Below, in pieces: positions 7,365 through 17,762 of a DNA stretch of 64,000 bases. The notes below the pieces were generated by a model that worked only from the letters and a program-made list of their open reading frames with translations, was not told the origin of the DNA and searched no databases. The DNA is from an uncultured bacterium (GTDB lineage: Bacteria; Verrucomicrobiota; Verrucomicrobiia; Verrucomicrobiales; DEV007). Within the stretch, counting starts at the first letter, position 1. Every line of letters begins with the position of its first letter. A program made the translations under genes and the position numbers. Where the stretch lies: the NCBI GenBank assembly GCA_963977015.1, contig CAXBMO010000015.1, forward strand, positions 1 through 64,000. The letters are read 5' to 3'.

Positions 7365-10184
7365 TTATTGGCCCAAAAGGCCTCGGGCGGCCTCAAGCAA
7401 CTCTTCCACCTTGGAAGGATCGGCCCCGGCACCACGCGCCATTTCTGGCTTTCCGCCGCCTTTTCCGCCGACGATCGGAGCGAGATCCCGCATGAGCTCA
7501 CCGGCTTTAAACTTGTCGGTCACACCTTTCGCGACCGCGATTCCAATGTGGGCTTTTCCGCCGTCAACAAGGGTAAAGACGGCCACGCCTTCAAATTGCC
7601 GCTTCTTCAGCCCATTGAGGGCTTCCTGAAGCAAACTCGCATCGGTCTCGCCGAGATGATGCACAATCTGAGGAATCGCCGCGCCTTCGGCATTGGCTTT
7701 TTCAACCAATTCGCCAAGCAACTCATCCGCCTGCGCCGCCGCAGCTCCGGCGCTCGCTTTCTTGAAACGTTTTCCAGCATTCTGGACAGCAGCCTGAAAT
7801 TGATCGCGCTCTTTCTGCCGAGCCACCAGGGCCGCGTTCACCGCGTCAATGGCCGCATCACCCGGAATCTCCCCGAGCGTCCGTTCCGGGGCAATTTCCG
7901 GCACCTGGCCAATCTTTGCCAATGCTTCGTTGGTCGTTTGAAGCCGGCTTTCCAGATCATCGATTTCGACCTTGAGGGCTTCGTAGGTTTGCGTGACCAA
8001 TTCGCGGCCCGCGGCTCCACATTGGGCTTCAATCCGGCGAATGCCTGCGGCCACGGCGCCCTCTGAACCAATCTTGAAGAATCCAATGTCACCGGTGTTT
8101 CTGACGTGGGTTCCACCGCACAACTCCATCGAGTAGCCGTCGAGCTTCTGCTCCTTCCCCCCAATCTGAACCACTCGAACCACATCCCCGTATTTCTCGC
8201 CAAAGGCCTGCATGATTTCGGAGCGGTCCTTGACCTCTTCATGCGGGACTTCGGTCCAGGAAACGTAATCCTGTTCCGCAATCTTCGCATTCACCTTCTC
8301 TTCGATCGCGCGAACCTGGTCCGAGGTGAGGGCTTTGCTGTTGAAGTCGAAACGCAGACGGTCCGGCCCCACGAACGAGCCCTGTTGTCTCGCATCGGGG
8401 TCGACCACCTCATGGAGTGCCCAATGCATAATGTGCGTCGCGGTATGATGCTTCTCGATGTTGCGTCGACGGGACTGATCCAATTGAACCGTGGCTTTGC
8501 CGGTCGATTTGGGCGCGTCTGCCAGGTGTAGACAAAGCGCTTCGCCGACACTGCTGGTCGCGAGAATCGGAAACTCTTCTCCGTTCACGGTAAGGGTGCC
8601 GGTGTCGCCGACTTGGCCGCCTTTTTCGACATAGAGTGGAGACTTATCGACGATCACCACGAAGTTTTCGCCGTCATCAATGATTTCCAGGAGTTCGACC
8701 TCAATCTCGTCGGTATCGAAGCCGACAAACTCGGATTTGGCGTCGGTCTCGATGTCAACGGCACTGACGACCGATGTTTCTTGACCTTCCTCACCGGTTT
8801 TCTTGTGTTGTTCGATGAGTTTCGCGACTTCAGCTTCATCGGTCGTTAATCCCTTTTCCTGAAGCAACACGTCCGTAAGCTCCAGCGGAAACCCAAAGGT
8901 TTCCCACAACTTCACAATGGACGGTGGCGGGAATTCCTGACCGGAATCCAGCTTTGCCACGGCATCGTCAAACAAGCGCAGACCACGATCGAGCGTCTTG
9001 TTAAACTGTGCTTCCTCGCTGGTGATGATTTCCGTCACCTTGTCTTTTCGTTCGGCTAATTCCGGAAACGCGTCGCCCATCTCAGTCACTAACACGGGCA
9101 CCAATTCGTGGAGAAACGGACGATCACCTTCCAACCCCAATTCCCGCCCAAATCGGACCGCGCGGCGCAGAATCGCCCGAATCGTCGAGTTACGACCCTT
9201 GTTTCCTGGCAAAATCCCGTCGGCGATCGAAAAACTGACCGTGCGAATGTGATCGGCGATGACGCGGAATGCCACATCGGTTTGCTCTTGCTCACTCAAC
9301 CCTTCGCGAGACTTAGGAACGGTGCCGGTGTAGGTTCGGCCGGTGATTTCGGCCAATTTCGCGAACAACGGCGCAAAAACATCGGTATCGTAGTTCGAGC
9401 AAAGCTTCGAAAAATCGGTGAGTCCCTTGGTGCATTGCATCACACTGGCGGCGCGCTCGAACCCCATTCCCGTATCAACATGCTGGGCCGGCAAGGAGCG
9501 ATAGCTGCCATCCTCATCGTGATTGAACTGGATGAAAACCAGGTTCCAAATCTCGATGCAACGCGCATCGTCCATGTTCACCAGCTTGCCGCCGGTATCG
9601 CCTTTTTCGGTCAGATCGACATGCAGCTCCGAGCACGGTCCACAAGGTCCGGTATCGCCCATCGCCCAAAAATTGTCTTTGGCGTTCCCATCGATAATAT
9701 GCGCTTTCGGATCCAACCCCGCTTTCTCGAAGAGCACCGCCCAATGATCATAAGCTTCCTGATCAAACTCAGCCGGGTCGCCCTTTTCCGGAGCGTAAAC
9801 GGTGGCGTAGAGCCGCTCCGGAGGAAAACCCCAGCGCTCCACAAACAGTTCCCAAGCCCAGGCGATCGCTTCCTCCTTGAAGTAGTCCCCAAAGCTCCAG
9901 TTCCCCAACATCTCGAAAAACGTGTGGTGATAGGTATCGTATCCGACATCCTCGAGATCATTGTGTTTCCCGCCCGCGCGAATGCATTTCTGCGTATCGG
10001 CAGCCCGCGGCGGATCATACGGCGCCTTCTCCGTTCCGAGGAAATACGGCACGAACTGGTTCATCCCGGCATTGGTGAACTGCAAATTCGGCGAAGTCGG
10101 CATCAAGCTGGCCGAAGGCACAATCGTGTGCTGCTTTTCACGGAAGAAGTCGAGAAAGGACTGGCGTAGTTCGTTTGCGGTCAT
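7365..10184 (-). CDS. alaS: Alanine--tRNA ligase
   Basis: FTNAGMNQF, HHTFFEMLGNWSFGDYFK, DTGMGFER, HTATH and ELCGGTHV motifs; C-terminal GGKGGGK. Confidence 0.99.
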   Translation of the reverse strand: MTANELRQSFLDFFREKQHTIVPSASLMPTSPNLQFTNAGMNQFVPYFLGTEKAPYDPPRAADTQKCIRAGGKHNDLEDVGYDTYHHTFFEMLGNWSFGDYFKEEAIAWAWELFVERWGFPPERLYATVYAPEKGDPAEFDQEAYDHWAVLFEKAGLDPKAHIIDGNAKDNFWAMGDTGPCGPCSELHVDLTEKGDTGGKLVNMDDARCIEIWNLVFIQFNHDEDGSYRSLPAQHVDTGMGFERAASVMQCTKGLTDFSKLCSNYDTDVFAPLFAKLAEITGRTYTGTVPKSREGLSEQEQTDVAFRVIADHIRTVSFSIADGILPGNKGRNSTIRAILRRAVRFGRELGLEGDRPFLHELVPVLVTEMGDAFPELAERKDKVTEIITSEEAQFNKTLDRGLRLFDDAVAKLDSGQEFPPPSIVKLWETFGFPLELTDVLLQEKGLTTDEAEVAKLIEQHKKTGEEGQETSVVSAVDIETDAKSEFVGFDTDEIEVELLEIIDDGENFVVIVDKSPLYVEKGGQVGDTGTLTVNGEEFPILATSSVGEALCLHLADAPKSTGKATVQLDQSRRRNIEKHHTATHIMHWALHEVVDPDARQQGSFVGPDRLRFDFNSKALTSDQVRAIEEKVNAKIAEQDYVSWTEVPHEEVKDRSEIMQAFGEKYGDVVRVVQIGGKEQKLDGYSMELCGGTHVRNTGDIGFFKIGSEGAVAAGIRRIEAQCGAAGRELVTQTYEALKVEIDDLESRLQTTNEALAKIGQVPEIAPERTLGEIPGDAAIDAVNAALVARQKERDQFQAAVQNAGKRFKKASAGAAAAQADELLGELVEKANAEGAAIPQIVHHLGETDASLLQEALNGLKKRQFEGVAVFTLVDGGKAHIGIAVAKGVTDKFKAGELMRDLAPIVGGKGGGKPEMARGAGADPSKVEELLEAARGLLGQ

Positions 10185-10287
10185 GTCAGAGCCCGGGTTT
10201 CGCGGGAAGGGAATGTGTGAGGTTCCGCCCGGAGATCAAGGGGAATTGGCCAAACGTCTGCGATTGACCTGATCGAAAGCCGTCAGA

Positions 10288-10737
10288 CTACTCCTTCAAC
10301 CACGCTGCGTTCCCGAAAAAGGCTTTGTTCGCCTCGGAATGCGGCTCGCCAATGTGGAGCAGGTATCCGCCCGGATCCCAAACGTAGAGAATCTTCCAAC
10401 CCCACTCGGTAATGGTGGGTTCCGCGACTTTCACTCCAGGGTATTTCTCCTCGAGTTTCTTCGGAGCGAGAAATTGTTGCCAATCGTCGACATTCTCGAC
10501 CCACAACGACAGCATCCCCGCTTTCGCGCGAAGATCTCCGCCGAGATGCAGGCTGACCAGGAAGCGTTGGCCGATCCCGGTATCGAATTCGCAAACGTTT
10601 TTCGCGTCGCTCTCCCAATTCATGGCAAAGCCGAGATCGAGGTAGAAAGACTTCGCGCGTTCGTAATCCTCCGGGCTGTAGCCAAGGAAGGGGCGGAAAT
10701 CTTTGAGAGCTGGCGCGGATTCAGTCACGTTCACCAA
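10288..10737 (-). CDS. VOC/glyoxalase family protein
   Basis: YERAKSFYLDLGF and EWGWKILYVWDPGG VOC signatures. Confidence 0.8.
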   Translation of the reverse strand: MVNVTESAPALKDFRPFLGYSPEDYERAKSFYLDLGFAMNWESDAKNVCEFDTGIGQRFLVSLHLGGDLRAKAGMLSLWVENVDDWQQFLAPKKLEEKYPGVKVAEPTITEWGWKILYVWDPGGYLLHIGEPHSEANKAFFGNAAWLKE

Positions 10738-10750
10738 GCCATCAGCAACA

Positions 10751-11824
10751 TCACTGAAGCTCTTTCGGGATCTTTTCGATCAATTTTTTGATATCGTCGG
10801 CGCGGTCGCGATTGGCAATCAACAACGCGTCCTCGGTTTGAACGACAATCAGTTCATCAACATCGAGCAACGCAATGTGCTGCTTCGTCGTCGAGTAGAC
10901 GATGTTCTGGCGACTGTCGATCTCCGAAAGAGCGCCTTTGACCCGGTTCTCCGACTCATCGCCTTCCAGATAATTCGCCACGGATGGCCATCCACCCACG
11001 TCATCCCAGTCGAAGGTCGCTTCCAGGTTGTAGACCTTGTCCGCTTTTTCCATCAGGGCGTAATCGATCGAAATTTTCGGCAACGTCCCAAATTTGTCTT
11101 CGATGGTCGCCATCATGTCGGACGACTCCGCCAACTCGTCGATGAATCCGGCCAACTCCGGGCAATGTTCCTTCAAATTTCCGGTCACTGTCTTCAACGA
11201 CCAGATAAACATCCCCGCATTCCAACTGAAGTTGCCCTGACGAAGGAATTCTTCAGCCAAATCGGGACTCGGCTTCTCACGAAAGCGATCGACCTCGTAG
11301 ACCGGGACATCCGTTTCCAAATCAGCGAGGTTGGCCTGGCTGCCTCGTTCGATATAGCCGTAGCCAGGGCACGCCCAAGTCGGCTTGATGCCAATGGTCA
11401 CGATATGATCGCTCTTGGTCGCGACCTCGAGTGCACCGCCCAGAGTCCGATGAAATTCAGCATGATCCTGAATCAGGTGGTCCGCCGGCAATACAGCCAT
11501 GGTTGCGTCGGGATTCCGGTTTGCAACCCAACCAATCCCGAGGGCGACCGCTGGAGCGGTGTCACGTTTCGCCGGTTCTGCGAGGATATTTTCGGGAGGA
11601 AGCATGCTTGCTGCCGCCCGCATTTCATCCAGTTGCTCGTGATTGGTCAGAATCAGGATATTCTCAACCGGGATCAAGCCGTCGAGTCGGGAAATCGTCT
11701 TCTCAATCAACGTCTCTTCATCGAAGAGTTGGAGGAGCTGTTTGGGTCGGCGATGCCGGCTCAAGGGCCAAAATCGAGTGCCGCTACCACCGGCGAGGAT
11801 CAATGCAAAATTCTCAGAGGCCAT
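10751..11824 (-). CDS. manC: Mannose-1-phosphate guanylyltransferase
   Basis: ILAGGSGTRFWPLSR..PKQ, EPAKRDTAPA, LPADHLI, FREKP and WNAGMF. Confidence 0.93.
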   Translation of the reverse strand: MASENFALILAGGSGTRFWPLSRHRRPKQLLQLFDEETLIEKTISRLDGLIPVENILILTNHEQLDEMRAAASMLPPENILAEPAKRDTAPAVALGIGWVANRNPDATMAVLPADHLIQDHAEFHRTLGGALEVATKSDHIVTIGIKPTWACPGYGYIERGSQANLADLETDVPVYEVDRFREKPSPDLAEEFLRQGNFSWNAGMFIWSLKTVTGNLKEHCPELAGFIDELAESSDMMATIEDKFGTLPKISIDYALMEKADKVYNLEATFDWDDVGGWPSVANYLEGDESENRVKGALSEIDSRQNIVYSTTKQHIALLDVDELIVVQTEDALLIANRDRADDIKKLIEKIPKELQ

Positions 11825-11939
11825 TTGGAATCGTGATTTGGTGATGTATCGTCTCTACAGGCCATTCCTCAACCGGTTTATCATCTGGAAGTTTTTGGTG
11901 GAAATGGCGATATTTTCTGGAATTTGTAACACTAGGACC

Positions 11940-12281
11940 ATGGTAAATAACGAAGAGACTCCCGAAGTTGTTGATCGCACCCTTTTGACGACTGCGATTG
12001 CCGTAGCACCAGCCGCTGTCGGATGCGCAGTTGGAGTGCTGCTGGGCGAGCAGCTGAAAAAAGGTCAGCGAGGAAACGTCGCGACCGCATTGTTCACCCT
12101 GGGAGCATTGGTCGCCGTTCCTGCGGCGGTCGATTGCGTGACCAAGCTGATCAACGGACCAGTTTCAAAAGCGGGCGCAAAACGCACGCTGAAGGGGATT
12201 CGCCACAGCGTCGGAGTTCCCTTTGAGGAGCCCTACGATCAGGTAGACGACTATTCCGACGTCTTTCAGCAGGTTCAGTAA
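11940..12281 (+). CDS. Hypothetical small membrane protein
   Basis: 113 aa from ATG 11940; two hydrophobic segments and an acidic C-terminus. Confidence 0.65.
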   Translation: MVNNEETPEVVDRTLLTTAIAVAPAAVGCAVGVLLGEQLKKGQRGNVATALFTLGALVAVPAAVDCVTKLINGPVSKAGAKRTLKGIRHSVGVPFEEPYDQVDDYSDVFQQVQ

Positions 12282-12323
12282 CCTTCAGCGGACTCGATTC
12301 CTCGATTCCTCGAGTTTTCGGCT

Positions 12324-12962
12324 TTAGCTGTCGGGCCTGATTTGCTCGACCTTGAGTTCAAAGCGCGCATCAAACCTTCCTCCGTTGTAGGTTCGACAGC
12401 AATCGTAGCAGGCTGCTGCGCGTCGAATTTTGCGAACCCGGAAGATCTTGTGATCACAATTGGGGCACGAGTAGCAGTAGCGCCGTTTCTGTTGGGTCCG
12501 CTCAAACGGTAGATCGTGACACCGTTCCTCGTCGGGAATCCCCAAGTCCGCACAGGCTTGGCGCCATTCCCGGCCATGAGGCTCAATCCGCTTCCGCCCC
12601 GCGCGATAATACGCCACCAGATGGGCCAACTCGTGTTTCAAGGTCCGATCGACCTCACCCGCCGCATCTTCAATCTGTTCGAGGGCTGGATTGAGTTCCA
12701 CCAGTTGCTCGTTGCGATAAGCGCGTCCCGCAGTGGTTCGAAGCCGCGAATTCCAGGAAACCGTGATTTGCTTGGCGAGATCTTCCAAACCGACCGCGAT
12801 CACCAGTTCACGGGATTGCCGGGTCAGTTCCTCATCCAACCCCTGGCGCGGAGAGCGAAGTGGTTTGGAGAGTTTGGGCTTCGATGGAGGAGAAGAATCT
12901 GGCTGATTGAGTGGCAGATCCAGCTCAAGTTGTCGGCGGTCGGAAGATTTTCGTGATTTCAC
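12324..12962 (-). CDS. SprT-like zinc metalloprotease
   Basis: WNSRLRTTAGRA, HELAH and PHGREW motifs; C-terminal CPNC..CYDC zinc ribbon; start overlaps the cysE stop. Confidence 0.9.
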   Translation of the reverse strand: MKSRKSSDRRQLELDLPLNQPDSSPPSKPKLSKPLRSPRQGLDEELTRQSRELVIAVGLEDLAKQITVSWNSRLRTTAGRAYRNEQLVELNPALEQIEDAAGEVDRTLKHELAHLVAYYRAGRKRIEPHGREWRQACADLGIPDEERCHDLPFERTQQKRRYCYSCPNCDHKIFRVRKIRRAAACYDCCRTYNGGRFDARFELKVEQIRPDS

Positions 12963-13942
12963 GGAAGAACTGCAGGTTGGACGTCTGGTTTGTCGATATC
13001 GAGCTCCTGACCTGATGTCTTATCAAGAAACCGTTGGGCGGCTCCTTCAGTCGTTACCAGCGTATTGGGTGGGACGCTGCTGCGCAAGAAAACATTCGCT
13101 CCCACGGTCGAACGAGCTCCCAACCTGGTGTGTCCGCCAAGGATTGTGGCATTCGGATAAATCGTCACGTGGTCCTCCACGTCAGGGTGCCGTTTGTTCC
13201 CTTTAACCACCCGTCCTTCGGCGTCTTTCGGGAAACTTCGCGCTCCTAACGTGACGCCGTGATACAACTTCACGTGGTGGCCGATGGTGCATGTCTCGCC
13301 AATCACGACTCCCGTTCCGTGATCGATGAAAAAGTGCGAGCCAATGGATGCCCCGGGATGAATATCGATCCCGGTTCGACTGTGCGCCCATTCCGTCATC
13401 ATTCGGGGGATCAACGGCACTCCCTTGCGGTAGAGCACGTGGGCCAACCGCTGGATCGCGATCGCTTCAATGGCGGGATAGCTCAAAATGATGACCTCAT
13501 AGGATGTCGCCGCCGGATCACCTTCGTAGGCCGCCTCAACGTCCGTGCTCAGAAGTCTGCGGACCTCGGGGAGTTCACCCAAAAAATCACAAACAATATC
13601 TTCAGGTAAGTCCTGGTGCTCGCCACCACGTTGCTCGGAGTAATTCAGACTCTTCGCCACTTCGGGTTTCAGATTCTCAACCAGGTTGAAAATCCGATTT
13701 CGCGTCAACTCCGCGACCTTGTCGTGATGGATCGGCTCTTCGTCGTGAAAGCCGGGAAAAATGACTTGGAGTAAATCCGCAGAAATGGATTCAATTGCCT
13801 TCTTCGACGGCAAATTGATGCAATCAATCCGATTGATCCCACCGACTTCGTGATAGGACGAAACCAGTTCGTCCACGATTTTCTGTTTGGGGCAATCGTC
13901 AGGCATTTTGCTGATATCAGGGACGTCCTGACAGGCCATCAA
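12959..13942 (-). CDS. cysE: Serine O-acetyltransferase
   Basis: GDPAA, TGIDIHPGA, FFIDHGTGVVIGET and KRHP hexapeptide acetyltransferase motifs. Confidence 0.92.
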   Translation of the reverse strand: MMACQDVPDISKMPDDCPKQKIVDELVSSYHEVGGINRIDCINLPSKKAIESISADLLQVIFPGFHDEEPIHHDKVAELTRNRIFNLVENLKPEVAKSLNYSEQRGGEHQDLPEDIVCDFLGELPEVRRLLSTDVEAAYEGDPAATSYEVIILSYPAIEAIAIQRLAHVLYRKGVPLIPRMMTEWAHSRTGIDIHPGASIGSHFFIDHGTGVVIGETCTIGHHVKLYHGVTLGARSFPKDAEGRVVKGNKRHPDVEDHVTIYPNATILGGHTRLGARSTVGANVFLRSSVPPNTLVTTEGAAQRFLDKTSGQELDIDKPDVQPAVLP

Positions 13943-14027
13943 ATTAACGCCAGTCCCTCAAAAATCCAGCCTCAAATAAAGGAACTGCGGGTGGGGATCG
14001 TTATTCCCACACCCGCAGTAATTTCGA

Positions 14028-14369
14028 TCAATCTTCCTCTTCCAAGTCAGAGTGATCAATTTGCCAAGAGTCGTTCTCCATCAGGGCGCCGACTTTGGCC
14101 TTCAATTCTTTGCCCGGTCGAAACTTCACAATGGCGCGAGCTGGAATCTCCATCTCGACACTCGGATTTGCCGGGTTTCGCCCTTTCTTCGGTCGCTGTT
14201 CGACCACCTGAAAGGTGCCGAAGTTTCGCAATACAACTTGGTTACCCTTCGCCAGTTCGGTTGTTGAAGTGTCCAGAAAATTCTGAATCACATCCATAAC
14301 TTGAGCCTGGGTCAGGCCAGTATCTAAAGAGATCTTAATTACAAGATCTCGCTTCTTGATAGTTGCCAT
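14028..14369 (-). CDS. HU/IHF family DNA-binding protein with an acidic C-terminal tail
   Basis: LRNFGTF..GRNP..IPARAIVKFRPGKELK; start taken at MATIKKRDL. Confidence 0.92.
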   Translation of the reverse strand: MATIKKRDLVIKISLDTGLTQAQVMDVIQNFLDTSTTELAKGNQVVLRNFGTFQVVEQRPKKGRNPANPSVEMEIPARAIVKFRPGKELKAKVGALMENDSWQIDHSDLEEED

Positions 14370-14533
14370 ATCTTTTTTTAGGGGGGGAGTCTTCTTTCGA
14401 TGACTTAGGGGGGAATCTGTGTCACGCAAAATCCGAAAATTCAGCATAACATGGAGGGAACCCGCTCAGGCTAAGCGGCTTTCGCCTGCTCAACAACCTG
14501 CGATTTACCCATCCATACGGCAAGCCTATGGAA

Positions 14534-15442
14534 TCAGTTCAACTGATTTGCAAACCTAAAATGCGTCTTTCCGACTGTCGAAAGGAATTCGAACCCGTGA
14601 TCTTTGCGGATTTCTTTGACCAATTCCTGCACTTTTAGGCCTGCACCCCGGGGGAGCGTGGTGCCCAATTCTTCACTTTTTTGGGCCAACCAATCGATAA
14701 ATTTTTCCCGGGCGAGGATCGAGGCCGCAGCAACAGCAATGTCACTTTCAGCTTTTGTGCGTTGTTCGAGATCAATCTCCAGGCCTCTCGCCTCCAACGC
14801 CGAATTCAGTTCCCTGGGATTTGCGAATTGATCACTCAAAGCCCGCGGACAATCCGGCTTCGCCTTGGTCAATTCCTCGATCGTCTTCACATGTCCCCAG
14901 GCGAGCAGTTTGTTCAGGTTGCGAAAGCTTTGATACATCTCGTTGTATTTGGCCGGGCCAATCGAGACCACTTCCCAGGCCGCGCCCTTCGTCGATCGGA
15001 TCATTTGAGCCAGTTTTCGAATCTTCGCGTCAGATTTAATCGCCTTGCTGTCCTGAATTCCCTCATCGAGCCACCTTTTCGCAATCACCTTGTCCACGTA
15101 GGCTCCCGCGATCACCAGCGGGCCAAAGAAATCGCCCTTGCCGCTCTCATCGATCCCAAAATGCGGCTCAAACATCTCCGGATTCACCACTTCCTCATTT
15201 CCCAATTCCGCCACTCCCAGCACCATCGGTTCGAGGATGAACTGCACAAACTCCTCCGTTTCCTTGCCTTGAACGAGAATTTTGGGCCCTTTTTCGTAAA
15301 CCGCCACGTTCAGCTTGCCTTTCCTGGCGGCATAGATCGTCCAATCCTTCTCCACAAACTCAAATCCATTGGCCCGGAGAATCGGGCGCAATTCCTCGGC
15401 TTGGGTTGCAGTCAGGGCGTGCGTGTAGGAAGTCTTCGGCAT
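14534..15442 (-). CDS. rnhC: Ribonuclease HIII
   Basis: N-terminal extension (KILVQGK) plus GIDESGKGDFFGPLV, DSK, DQF and VAAASILAR. Confidence 0.92.
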   Translation of the reverse strand: MPKTSYTHALTATQAEELRPILRANGFEFVEKDWTIYAARKGKLNVAVYEKGPKILVQGKETEEFVQFILEPMVLGVAELGNEEVVNPEMFEPHFGIDESGKGDFFGPLVIAGAYVDKVIAKRWLDEGIQDSKAIKSDAKIRKLAQMIRSTKGAAWEVVSIGPAKYNEMYQSFRNLNKLLAWGHVKTIEELTKAKPDCPRALSDQFANPRELNSALEARGLEIDLEQRTKAESDIAVAAASILAREKFIDWLAQKSEELGTTLPRGAGLKVQELVKEIRKDHGFEFLSTVGKTHFRFANQLN

Positions 15443-15461
15443 CGGAACCGGAACCTAACTT

Positions 15462-16514
15462 GTGGACCAACTCGGAGCAAACAACGAATCGAAGCCTCTC
15501 GCAACGCGCGATCCGCTCGAACACGTCAAACAACTTCGAACCGCCGTGATTCGTTGGTATGAGGAAGTAGCCGAGGATTATCCCTGGCGGCGAACGCGCG
15601 ATCCCTACGAGATCCTGGTATCCGAGATCATGCTCCAACAAACCCAGATCGCCACGGTCCTCGGCAAGCGCTACTTCGAGCGTTGGCTGGAAAAGTTTCC
15701 CGATGTCGCCACCCTGGCGGCGGCTGATGAGTCCGAGATTCTCAAAGCCTGGGAGGGACTCGGCTATTACCGGCGTGCTCGGAATCTGCAAAAAGCCGCC
15801 CGCGCCGTAGTCGAGGAACACGGTGGGGAATTCCCAACCACCTACGACGCGATTCGCGCGCTTCCCGGAGTAGGCGATTACACGGCGGGCGCGGTATCCT
15901 GTTTGGCATTCGGGATGCCGGTGGCGATGGTCGACGCCAACATCGCCCGGGTTTTTGCACGCTGGTTCGATTACGACGAGCTGATCGATTCCACCCCCGG
16001 TAAGAAGCAACTCCAGACGTGGGGAATGCAACTGGTCGCTCCCAATTCCCCGAAACAGTTCAACTCCGGAGTTATGGAACTGGGCCAAAAACATTGCAAA
16101 CCCAGAAATCCCGTCTGTCACGAATGCCCGGTGACCAATTTCTGCGCGACTCGAAATCCCGAGCAGCTCCCGAAAAAGAAAGCCGCACAAACGATCGAAT
16201 CGATCACCGAATTCGCGTGGTTCGTCCGTGATGGCGACCGAATTTTACTGGAACAGGAAACCGGAAACCGCCGCGAAGGGTTGTGGAAGCTTCCGATCGC
16301 CTCTGCAGACGAAATTTCAGGTCGTGATGAGGTGCTCCGAACCCAATATTCCATCACCAAGTATCGGGTCACCCTCCGGATTTTTCGCGGGAACGCGACA
16401 GAAACCCATGGAACGTGGGTCACTCGCCAAAATCTCAACGAAATTGCGATTGCTGCGCCTTTTCGGAGCGCGCTTGAGCGATTGCTTGAGGTAGATCTAT
16501 TTGGTGTACCTTAG
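15462..16514 (+). CDS. mutY: A/G-specific adenine glycosylase
   Basis: PWR..DPYEILVSEIMLQQT, GLGYYRRARNL, LPGVGDYTAGA and C-X6-C-X2-C-X5-C Fe-S motif. Confidence 0.95.
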   Translation: MDQLGANNESKPLATRDPLEHVKQLRTAVIRWYEEVAEDYPWRRTRDPYEILVSEIMLQQTQIATVLGKRYFERWLEKFPDVATLAAADESEILKAWEGLGYYRRARNLQKAARAVVEEHGGEFPTTYDAIRALPGVGDYTAGAVSCLAFGMPVAMVDANIARVFARWFDYDELIDSTPGKKQLQTWGMQLVAPNSPKQFNSGVMELGQKHCKPRNPVCHECPVTNFCATRNPEQLPKKKAAQTIESITEFAWFVRDGDRILLEQETGNRREGLWKLPIASADEISGRDEVLRTQYSITKYRVTLRIFRGNATETHGTWVTRQNLNEIAIAAPFRSALERLLEVDLFGVP

Positions 16515-16524
16515 AGCCTACCAC

Positions 16525-16576
16525 GTTATACCTATTTATTCTGGAATTCAGGTATAAACGGGTATAACTCGATAGA
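16525..16576. repeat. Palindromic element A upstream of the AAA ATPase gene; diverged direct-repeat partner of 17763-17811
   Basis: Imperfect dyad GTTATACC...GAATTC...GGTATAAC (16525-16568); 16528-16576 matches 17763-17811 at 32 of 49 positions without gaps (counted by hand). Confidence 0.75.
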
Positions 16577-16580
16577 GTTC

Positions 16581-17756
16581 ATGGATCCCGTTCGAAATCC
16601 TTTCTCGCCAGGCGCGGGGTCGCCGCCGCCGGAACTGGTCGGTCGTGAGGAAGTGATGGAGCAAGCCCGGGTTTTGTTTGCCAGAGCGCTCCAAGGCCGG
16701 GCGGAGAAAAGTTTGATCCTCACCGGTCTGCGCGGGGCCGGAAAGACCGTGCTTCTCAACGAAATGTGCCGTTTGGCAGAGGAGGAGCACTATCAAACTC
16801 TTTTCATCGAAGCCCATGAAGACAAGACGCTCGCGGCCTTGCTTGCCCCGCAGCTGCGGCAACTATTCTATCGGCTCGATCGGTTGAAGAGCGCCAAAGA
16901 AAAGATCAACCGTGGCCTCGCTATCCTCAAAAGTTTCATTAGCAGCGTCAAAGTCACGTTCGATGACGTTTCCATCGGTCTCGACATTGAGCCGGAAAAG
17001 GGTTCGGCCGACAGCGGCGATCTGGAAATCGACTTACCGCAACTTCTCGCAGCCGTCGCTGCTGCCGCCACCGATACCAAAACGGGCGTCGCCATCATTA
17101 TCGATGAGTTGCAATACTTCAGCCAGGAAGAGCTGAGTGCCTTGATCATGTCGATGCACAAAATGCAGCAGCGCCAACTGCCACTGGTTTTGCTTGGAGC
17201 AGGTCTCCCAACCTTGCCTCGGCTGGCTGGAGAATCGAAATCCTATGCGGAACGCCTTTTCAATTTCCCAACGATTGGACCGCTTTCACCCGATGATGCC
17301 GCCCGCGCCTTGCGAGATCCGATCGAAAAGGAAGGTGAGCTAATTGATCCGCAAGCCCTCGATCAAATCGTTCAACTGACTCAAGGATATCCCTACTTTG
17401 TTCAGGAATGGGGCTACCAAGCCTGGAATCGGGCCGAATCCAGTCCCATCACAATTGATGTCATTCAAAAAGCCACCTCTGATACCCTTCGGAGACTCGA
17501 CGAGAACTTTTTCCGGGTTCGTTTCGACCGCCTTCGGCCCAGCGAGAGAATTTTCCTTCGCGCCATGGCTGAATTGGAAGAGCCTTGCCGCACTGGTGAT
17601 ATTGCCGAAAAATTGAAGGTTAAGGTCGGAAGTCTCAGTCCACGGCGGGCCCACCTCATCTCCAAGGGCATGATTTACAGTCCGACCCATGGCGATTTGG
17701 CCTTCACCGTCCCAATGTTTGGCGATTTTTTGCGCCGGACAATTCCCGAGTTTTAG
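16581..17756 (+). CDS. AAA+ ATPase (AAA_16/archaeal-ATPase-like) with a C-terminal winged-helix domain
   Basis: NPFSPGAG..LVGR, Walker A GLRGAGKT, Walker B IIIDELQ and TQGYPYFVQ; C-terminal TGDIAEKL..SLSPRRAHLISKGMIY is wHTH-like. Confidence 0.85.
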   Translation: MDPVRNPFSPGAGSPPPELVGREEVMEQARVLFARALQGRAEKSLILTGLRGAGKTVLLNEMCRLAEEEHYQTLFIEAHEDKTLAALLAPQLRQLFYRLDRLKSAKEKINRGLAILKSFISSVKVTFDDVSIGLDIEPEKGSADSGDLEIDLPQLLAAVAAAATDTKTGVAIIIDELQYFSQEELSALIMSMHKMQQRQLPLVLLGAGLPTLPRLAGESKSYAERLFNFPTIGPLSPDDAARALRDPIEKEGELIDPQALDQIVQLTQGYPYFVQEWGYQAWNRAESSPITIDVIQKATSDTLRRLDENFFRVRFDRLRPSERIFLRAMAELEEPCRTGDIAEKLKVKVGSLSPRRAHLISKGMIYSPTHGDLAFTVPMFGDFLRRTIPEF

Positions 17757-17762
17757 AATGGG

